Of a stretch of DNA of 32,000 bases, positions 26,120 through 32,000 are shown one piece after another. Position 1 is the stretch's first letter, and each line of letters starts with the position of its first letter. Origin of the DNA: Saprospiraceae bacterium (GTDB lineage: Bacteria > Bacteroidota > Bacteroidia > Chitinophagales > Saprospiraceae); the NCBI GenBank assembly GCA_044350425.1, contig JBILHS010000031.1, positions 13,637 through 45,636 on the forward strand. The letters are read 5' to 3'. The position numbers were made by a program, and so were the translations under genes. The notes beneath the pieces were generated by a model. That model was given only the letters and a program-made list of their open reading frames with translations, was not told where the DNA came from and searched no databases.

Positions 26120-26437
26120 ATGGAAATACTGATCCTGTTTGCACGGATCATTTTCTTTTATCTCATTTCCAGAATGTTATGGCTGTCCTATATGATTAGT
26201 CATTTAAGAGATGGGGAAACTGTTGAAAGCTTATCTAAATGGGATGTTTGGATGAATGTTGCGAGTAAAAGAATTAATAACCATCTCTGGCCTGGACCCT
26301 ATTTTAGTGAGTTTCATGATACGGATGAGATAAAGGAATGGATAAAGAAACGGAATTGGGTGGTAGCGTTTTTTTGGTCATTTGCCATTTTGGGAATTAT
26401 TGCTCAGATCATTTTTCACCCGGCTCCTTCAAAATAA
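26120..26437 (+). CDS. Hypothetical small membrane protein (two predicted TM helices) inserted between ftsI and murE
   Basis: The ATG lies 4 nt after the ftsI stop. Hydrophobic N-terminal (ILILFARIIFFYLISRMLWL) and C-terminal (VVAFFWSFAILGIIAQIIF) segments. A hand count gives 117 G+C in 318 nt (about 37%). No recognisable family. Confidence 0.5.
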   Translation: MEILILFARIIFFYLISRMLWLSYMISHLRDGETVESLSKWDVWMNVASKRINNHLWPGPYFSEFHDTDEIKEWIKKRNWVVAFFWSFAILGIIAQIIFHPAPSK

Positions 26438-26478
26438 CTGAAACGTAAAAATTACAAACTGAAAGTAAGCCAAAAAAT

Positions 26479-28035
26479 ATGCTTTTAACCTATCTCCTTC
26501 AAAACCTGCATGTGCTCGAAGCACAAGGCAATACAGACATCGAAATCGGACAGATCCGTTTCGATAGTCGTGCTGTGCAGTCTGGAGATGTGTTTGTGGC
26601 GGTACGTGGTGCAGCGGTAGATGGGCATCAGTTCATTGACAGGGCGATTGAAAATGGGGCGGTTGCGGTTGTTTGCGAACGTCCAAGTGATTTTTTGGTT
26701 GAAAGGGACCATACTGATAGTCTCACTTCAAGTGAGACTATCAGTATGGTCCCTTTCAACCAAAAAATCACTTGGATCAAAGTCGCCGATGCTACAGAAG
26801 CACTCGGACAAATAGCTTCCAACTTTTACGGCAATCCTTCTGCAGCCTTAACCCTGATCGGCATCACCGGAACCAATGGAAAAACAACCACGGCTACCTT
26901 GCTCTGGCAACTTTTTACGGCATTGGGCTACAAATGCGGTCTGATCGGAACCGTCGAAAACAGGGTAGGGGAAGAAGTATTGGTGAGTACCCACACTACA
27001 CCAGATGCGGTTCGGGTTCACGAACTGATCCGCAAAATGGCTGATGCTGGTTGTAGTCATGTGTTTATGGAAGTCAGCAGCCATGCGGTGCATCAACGTA
27101 GAATTGCAGGGGCGACGTTTGCCGGCGGGGTTTTTACCAACCTAACCCATGATCACCTCGACTATCATAAAACCTTTGCAGAATACCGGGATACCAAAAA
27201 GAAGTTCTTTGACGATTTGCCAAAAACGGCCTTTGCGCTGACCAATGCCGATGATAAAAACGGGGCGATCATGTTGCAAAACACCCGGGCTGACAAGAAA
27301 TCCTATGGTTTGAAAAAGCCGGCTGATTTCAAAGCAAAGATCATAGAAAATAGCCTGGAGGGGCTGCATTTGGAGTTGGATGGGGCGCAAATTCACGCCC
27401 GGATGATCGGTGAGTTCAATGCTTACAACCTGACTGCTGCCTATGGCGTGGCTATGTTGCTTGCTCAGAACCAGACCTCGGAGGTTTTAAAAACCTCCGA
27501 GGTCTACCAAACGACCCTCCTGACCGCACTCAGCAATCTCTCCGGCGCAGAAGGCCGGTTCGACTATATCAACCACTCGTCAAAACCCGGTTGTATCGGA
27601 ATCGTAGACTATGCCCACACCCCGGATGCGCTTGAAAAAGTACTGGAGACCATCGCCAAACTGAAAAAGAAAAACTCCCGCATTATCACGGTTACCGGTG
27701 CTGGCGGAGACCGGGACAAGACCAAACGACCCATCATGGCTCAGGTTTGTGCCAGATTAAGTGACCAGCTAGTTTTGACCAGCGACAACCCGAGGACGGA
27801 AGACCCGGCTGCAATTCTGAAAGATATGGAAGCCGGTTTGGATGCAGCAGGACTAAAGAAAACACTCACCATCCAGGACCGTGAACAAGCCATAAAAACA
27901 GCTATCCGGCTGGCCGGCCCGAACGATGTGATCCTGGTAGCTGGAAAAGGCCATGAGAAGTATCAGGATATACAAGGCGTAAAATATCCTTTTGATGACA
28001 AACAGATGTTGTCAAAGTTTTTTGAGGAAAAATGA
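26479..28035 (+). CDS. murE: UDP-N-acetylmuramoyl-L-alanyl-D-glutamate--2,6-diaminopimelate ligase, carrying two in-frame palindromic segments
   Basis: GITGTNGKTTTA P-loop, ...DYAHTPDALEKVL... and ...LTSDNPRTEDP... are canonical MurE blocks. 518 aa. Confidence 0.93.
   Translation: MLLTYLLQNLHVLEAQGNTDIEIGQIRFDSRAVQSGDVFVAVRGAAVDGHQFIDRAIENGAVAVVCERPSDFLVERDHTDSLTSSETISMVPFNQKITWIKVADATEALGQIASNFYGNPSAALTLIGITGTNGKTTTATLLWQLFTALGYKCGLIGTVENRVGEEVLVSTHTTPDAVRVHELIRKMADAGCSHVFMEVSSHAVHQRRIAGATFAGGVFTNLTHDHLDYHKTFAEYRDTKKKFFDDLPKTAFALTNADDKNGAIMLQNTRADKKSYGLKKPADFKAKIIENSLEGLHLELDGAQIHARMIGEFNAYNLTAAYGVAMLLAQNQTSEVLKTSEVYQTTLLTALSNLSGAEGRFDYINHSSKPGCIGIVDYAHTPDALEKVLETIAKLKKKNSRIITVTGAGGDRDKTKRPIMAQVCARLSDQLVLTSDNPRTEDPAAILKDMEAGLDAAGLKKTLTIQDREQAIKTAIRLAGPNDVILVAGKGHEKYQDIQGVKYPFDDKQMLSKFFEEK
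26682..26776. repeat. Perfect 95-bp palindrome (47-bp arms, central C at 26729) inside murE
   Basis: All 47 base pairs were verified by hand. The core GATAGTCTCACTTCAAGTGAGACTATC lies at 26716-26742. Confidence 0.97.
27473..27505. repeat. Perfect 33-bp palindrome (16-bp arms, central A at 27489) inside murE
   Basis: agacctcggaggtttt a aaaacctccgaggtct, verified by hand. It encodes (Q)TSEVLKTSEV(Y). Confidence 0.95.
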
Positions 28036-28136
28036 CCAGCCAAAGTTTGGCCATTTGTGAAATACAACCCGCCTTCGCTGAAGCTATGGCGGGTGAAGAT
28101 AAAATAGTGGAGGGACTACTATTTTGATTTTGAGCA

Positions 28137-28169
28137 GGTTTTGGGGCGATGAAATATCGCCCCAAAACC
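28137..28169 (+). other. Perfect 14-bp stem with a 5-nt loop in the 232-bp murE-mraY spacer (possible attenuator or processing site)
   Basis: ggttttggggcgat gaaat atcgccccaaaacc, read directly. There is no clear T-tract after it, so it is not called a terminator. Confidence 0.5.
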
Positions 28170-28267
28170 AATTTTGAAAACCGAATCACGAATTTAAAAG
28201 AACGAAATCAATCCTTTGCACTCCAAATCACTAAAGCCCCAAATAGCCAGATCAACATTAATATACC

Positions 28268-29527
28268 ATGCTTGTCCATCTATTTGAATATCTGAAAGAA
28301 CATTACGACCTGCCAGGAGCAGGTCTGTTCAAATTCATCTCGTTCCGGGCTGGGGTTGCGATGCTGTTGTCGCTTTTGATTTCGATGATTATTGGGAAGC
28401 GGATCATTGACTGGCTTCAGAAACTGCAGATTGGTGAAACTGTGCGCGATCTCGGACTTGCAGGACAGACATCCAAAGCAGGTACGCCCACCATGGGAGG
28501 GATTATCATCGTAGCAGCTACGTTGATCCCTTGTTTGCTGCTGGCCCGATTGGACAATGTGTATATCCTGCTCATGCTTTTTAGCACGGTTTGGATGTTC
28601 GCGATCGGTTTTTTGGATGATTACATCAAGGTGTTCAAAAAGGATAAACAAGGACTGAAGGGTAAGTTTAAGATCATGGGACAGGTTGGTTTGGGCTTGA
28701 TCGTAGGCATTACGATGTTGATGAATGACGAGGTGGTGGTACGGATGGATCCTGAAGTAGCCAATCAAAAAGGCTATGAGATCATGGAGACGCTTTTTGT
28801 AAAAGATCCATCTGCACCCAATACCTACAAGGAGATGGTGTATGTAAAAGCAGCCATCACAAACGTCCCGTTTTTCAAAAATAACGAACTGGATTACTCC
28901 CGTTTCTTATGGTTTTTGGGTGATAATATTGGAAATCTGAGCTCGATCTTCTTTGTATTGATGGTCATTCTCGTCATCACTGCAGTAAGCAATGGGGCGA
29001 ACCTGACAGATGGTCTGGATGGGCAGGCGGCCGGTGTTTCCGCAATAATTATTGCAACGCTTGGAATCCTGGCCTACCTGAGCGGCAACTCAGTTGCAGC
29101 AGATTTTTTGAAGATATTTTATATCCCATACAGCAGCGAGTTGGTGATTTTTTCCGCCTGCTTGCTGGGTGGATGTATCGGTTTCTTGTGGTACAATGTG
29201 TTTCCCGCACGGGTATTTATGGGTGATACAGGAAGTTTGACGTTGGGTGGAATCATTGCTGCATTGGCGATTGTAACACGGAAAGAACTGTTGATCCCGC
29301 TTTTATGCGGGGTATTCCTGGTTGAGAACCTTTCGGTGATCGTTCAGGTATGGTATTTCAAATATACCAAAAGGAAATATGGGGAAGGGCGACGGGTGTT
29401 TCTTATGGCGCCACTGCATCACCATTATCAGAAGAAAGGCTACCATGAGGTAACCATTTCGGTTCGGTTCTGGATCGTACAGATTTTACTGGCAGTAGCG
29501 ACGATCATTACATTGAAGATCAGATAA
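28268..29527 (+). CDS. mraY: Phospho-N-acetylmuramoyl-pentapeptide transferase
   Basis: ...[10 protein letters not shown]..., ...[11 protein letters not shown]..., ...[12 protein letters not shown]... and ...APLHHHY... are conserved MraY blocks. 419 aa. Confidence 0.95.
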   Translation: MLVHLFEYLKEHYDLPGAGLFKFISFRAGVAMLLSLLISMIIGKRIIDWLQKLQIGETVRDLGLAGQTSKAGTPTMGGIIIVAATLIPCLLLARLDNVYILLMLFSTVWMFAIGFLDDYIKVFKKDKQGLKGKFKIMGQVGLGLIVGITMLMNDEVVVRMDPEVANQKGYEIMETLFVKDPSAPNTYKEMVYVKAAITNVPFFKNNELDYSRFLWFLGDNIGNLSSIFFVLMVILVITAVSNGANLTDGLDGQAAGVSAIIIATLGILAYLSGNSVAADFLKIFYIPYSSELVIFSACLLGGCIGFLWYNVFPARVFMGDTGSLTLGGIIAALAIVTRKELLIPLLCGVFLVENLSVIVQVWYFKYTKRKYGEGRRVFLMAPLHHHYQKKGYHEVTISVRFWIVQILLAVATIITLKIR

Positions 29528-29531
29528 AAAC

Positions 29532-30914
29532 ATGAAAAAGCGAATCGTCATATTAGGCTCCGGAGAATCCGGTACAGGAGCGGCCCTACTGGCCCGACAC
29601 CTGGGCTATGACGTATTCGTATCGGATAAAGGCGCGATCAAAGCACAATATCAGGCAGAATTGAACGAAGCAGGTATTGCCTGGGAAGAAAACCAGCATA
29701 CGCTGGATCAGATATTGAATGCTCAGGAGATTATAAAAAGTCCGGGTATTCCTGAAAAAAGTGAAGTGATGAAAGCCGTGCGGGAAAAAGGTATCAACGT
29801 GATCGGTGAAATTGAATTTGGATATCGTCATGCCGGCAAGTGCCAGATCGTTGCTATTACCGGCTCCAATGGTAAAACGACGACTACCGAGTTGACATAT
29901 CACCTGATGAAAACCGCCGGATTGGATGTCCGTAAAGGTGGAAATGTGGGCAATTCATTTGCCCGAATGGCGCTGGAAGATCTGAAATCGAAGAGAACAA
30001 AAGCCGCTGAACGGATTTTTGTTTTGGAGGTTTCAAGCTTTCAATTGGATGATATTCAGCAGTTTAGACCTAAAATAGCGATGCTGTTAAATATTACTCC
30101 GGACCATTTGGACCGCTACGATTATAAATTGGAAAACTATGCGGCGTCTAAGTTTCGGGTGACTATGAATCAAGGCCGCGGCGATAAGTTCATTTACAAT
30201 GGGTTTGATCCGATCCTGAAAGTTCATCTTGATAGTCTCACTTCAAGTGAGACTATCAAGATGAACTTTCAGGATCGGATCAAACCCAAACAAATCGCCA
30301 TTCGAAAAGGCTTTTTCAAAAACGGCCAGATCAAAGTAGGAAAAGATTTCTACGACATGACAAAAAGTGCCCTTCGGGGCCCGCACAATATGTTCAATGC
30401 AGTGTGTGCCATTCGGGCATCCTTGTTGTTGGGTGCAGCTGCGGACAAAATTCAGGAAGGTTTGAACACATTTACACCACCCCCTCACCGCTTGGAAAAG
30501 GTGGCTGAGATCGGTGGCGTAACGTGGATCAACGATTCGAAAGCAACCAATGTAGACTCAGTTTTCTACGCCCTGCAGGCGATGGATGTGCCGACGGTGT
30601 GGATCGTTGGCGGCCAGGACAAGGGGAACGATTATTCGCCACTCTTGAAATTGGTGAAAAAAAAGGTGAAGGCCATCGTTTGCATGGGTGTAGATAATTC
30701 AAAGATAATCAGTGTGTTCGGCGGAATTAAGAAGCCAATGGTAGAAACAGGAAGTGCCCAGGAAGCTGTAAAGGCAGCGGCAAATTTTGCCAAATCCGGA
30801 GATGTCATATTGCTCAGCCCGGCTTGTGCGAGTTTTGATTTGTTCAAAAATTATGAGGATCGAGGAGCGCAGTTTCGGGAAGCTGTTTTACAAATCACCC
30901 ACTCACCAAAATAA
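29532..30914 (+). CDS. murD: UDP-N-acetylmuramoylalanine--D-glutamate ligase, carrying one in-frame palindromic segment
   Basis: KKRIVILGSGESGTGAALLA Rossmann-like start, the AITGSNGKTTTT P-loop and ...SPACASFDLFKNYEDRG. 460 aa. Confidence 0.93.
   Translation: MKKRIVILGSGESGTGAALLARHLGYDVFVSDKGAIKAQYQAELNEAGIAWEENQHTLDQILNAQEIIKSPGIPEKSEVMKAVREKGINVIGEIEFGYRHAGKCQIVAITGSNGKTTTTELTYHLMKTAGLDVRKGGNVGNSFARMALEDLKSKRTKAAERIFVLEVSSFQLDDIQQFRPKIAMLLNITPDHLDRYDYKLENYAASKFRVTMNQGRGDKFIYNGFDPILKVHLDSLTSSETIKMNFQDRIKPKQIAIRKGFFKNGQIKVGKDFYDMTKSALRGPHNMFNAVCAIRASLLLGAAADKIQEGLNTFTPPPHRLEKVAEIGGVTWINDSKATNVDSVFYALQAMDVPTVWIVGGQDKGNDYSPLLKLVKKKVKAIVCMGVDNSKIISVFGGIKKPMVETGSAQEAVKAAANFAKSGDVILLSPACASFDLFKNYEDRGAQFREAVLQITHSPK
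30200..30288. repeat. Perfect 89-bp palindrome (44-bp arms, central C at 30244) inside murD
   Basis: All 44 pairs were verified by hand. The same core GATAGTCTCACTTCAAGTGAGACTATC lies at 30231-30257. Confidence 0.97.
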
Positions 30915-30929
30915 ACAAATAAACAACGA

Positions 30930-32000
30930 ATGCCAACCATCGCGCTAGAAATGGAACGCTTAAGAAACCCGTACTCCGGTCTGGGGCAATACTGCCTCCA
31001 ACTGGGTCGTGCGTTTGCAGCCGAGGGATCGGATGCAGGCCTGGGTTTTGCTTGCCTCGTTCCTGCCGAGCGTAAAGGCGAGTTTGGTCATGAAATGACT
31101 TATAAATCCGTGAAACCCTGGCACAAGATCATCGGACCGTCTTTTGGAGAGTCTCTATGGCACTGCATGCATCAGGATTCGGAATATATGCCACGCAGTC
31201 GCAGAACACCGCTGGTAATCACGATTCACGACCTGAATTTTCTAGATCGCCCGGATTATTCGGAAACCCAAAAGAGCCATAAACGGGCTGTCATTCAGCG
31301 TAAGATCGACCAGGCAAAAGGCCTGGTGTATATATCAGAGTACGTGCAGGATTGGGTGCGGCAGCATTTGAACGTGCCGGCCGGAATGGTGGAGCAAGTG
31401 ATTTACAACGGAGGGAGTATCAAGTTTCAAGATTCAAGTAAAAAGTTTCAAGGTGCCAGGAGCGAGAAACCTTTTCTTTTTTCAATTGGCATTCATCCGA
31501 AGAAGAACTACCATGTTTTGATGCCACTTTTGGCAGAATTAAAAGCTTATAAATGGATCATTGCAGGTCCAGATAGTAGAGGATATCGCGCAAAAATTGA
31601 GCAGGAGGCCGCGAGATTTGGTGTGTCTGATCGAATTGAATTTTGTGGACCGGTAGGAGAGGAAGCGAAAATGGAATATTACCGGAACTGTACAGCACTG
31701 CTTTTTCCTTCACTATCCGAAGGATTCGGGTTGCCGGTAATTGAAGCCATGTCGTTTGGGAAACCGGTTTTCCTTTCAAATCTCACCAGCCTCCCGGAGA
31801 TCGGAGGTGGAGAAGCATATTATTTCAGTGATTTTGAGCCTAATACTTTAATAGAGGCTTTTGCCAACGGTATGAAACAGTTTGAAAATAGCCCTGGCAA
31901 AGGCGAAAAATTAAAGTCCTGGGCTGCCCAATTCACCTGGGAAAAATCAGCTAAACAATACTTTGAGTTTTACCAAAAAGTACTAGCCACTCCAAACTAA
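30930..32000 (+). CDS. GT4-family (GT-B fold) glycosyltransferase
   Basis: C-terminal ...LLFPSLSEGFGLPVIEAMSFGKPVFLSN... (EX7E-type region). It is complete, with TAA at 31998-32000. It sits where ftsW usually follows murD. Confidence 0.8.
   Translation: MPTIALEMERLRNPYSGLGQYCLQLGRAFAAEGSDAGLGFACLVPAERKGEFGHEMTYKSVKPWHKIIGPSFGESLWHCMHQDSEYMPRSRRTPLVITIHDLNFLDRPDYSETQKSHKRAVIQRKIDQAKGLVYISEYVQDWVRQHLNVPAGMVEQVIYNGGSIKFQDSSKKFQGARSEKPFLFSIGIHPKKNYHVLMPLLAELKAYKWIIAGPDSRGYRAKIEQEAARFGVSDRIEFCGPVGEEAKMEYYRNCTALLFPSLSEGFGLPVIEAMSFGKPVFLSNLTSLPEIGGGEAYYFSDFEPNTLIEAFANGMKQFENSPGKGEKLKSWAAQFTWEKSAKQYFEFYQKVLATPN

Noticed and set aside
1653-28768. Many long antisense or overlapping ORFs in the track, for example 1653-2084 (-), 3275-3817 (-), 11644-12288 (-), 12527-13090 (-), 16829-17332 (-), 20182-20742 (+) and 28280-28768 (-).
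   Set aside because: Each lies fully inside a confidently recognised gene on the opposite strand or in another frame. Their compositions are low-complexity or biased, so they are shadow ORFs.
1-32000. A genomic island, prophage or IS element that could explain the insertions.
   Set aside because: No transposase, integrase, phage structural gene or tRNA attachment site is visible in the window. The unusual elements are all short and non-autonomous.

Overview
The window looks like chromosomal DNA from a Bacteroidota organism. Supporting signs are T9SS C-terminal sorting domains, a Bacteroidota-type FtsL and no Shine-Dalgarno motifs. A Saprospiraceae or Haliscomenobacter-like source is only a guess.

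Gene content, left to right:
- The 3' end of a cell-wall amidase, an MlaD-like protein and a small methyltransferase on the + strand, then an orphan DUF433 gene.
- A long minus-strand nucleotide-sugar operon: NUDIX, WbpA/WbpE/WbpB/WbpD-like enzymes, gmd, fcl and manC.
- A DUF853 P-loop NTPase and three tandem paralogous cohesin-like T9SS-secreted proteins.
- An S8 peptidase, a lipoprotein, a DUF72 protein and an OmpA/TSP3 protein interrupted by one in-frame TAG.
- The 5' half of the dcw cluster (mraZ, rsmH, ftsL, ftsI, murE, mraY, murD), followed by a GT4 glycosyltransferase.

On top of this ordinary content sits an unusual layer of hairpin-forming DNA:
1. Perfect 95-bp and 89-bp palindromes lie in frame inside murE and murD. 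They share an identical 27-29 bp core translated as DSLTSSETI but have locus-specific arms. murE also carries a perfect 33-bp in-frame palindrome.
2. Heptamer and nonamer tandem arrays (GATGTAT/ATACATC, TAAGTG-type and AATGTGGTC-type) sit exactly between stop and start codons, often as inverted arm-spacer-arm structures. The G-poor strand is always in mRNA sense directly in front of the downstream start codon.
3. One such structure, between ftsL and ftsI, encloses a four-helix-bundle gene (23S rRNA IVS protein / Avd family) with an in-frame TAG. This resembles an rRNA intervening sequence located in an mRNA operon.

No rRNA, tRNA, CRISPR array, transposase or integrase was seen. All calls come from hand translation and motif recognition; no database search was possible.
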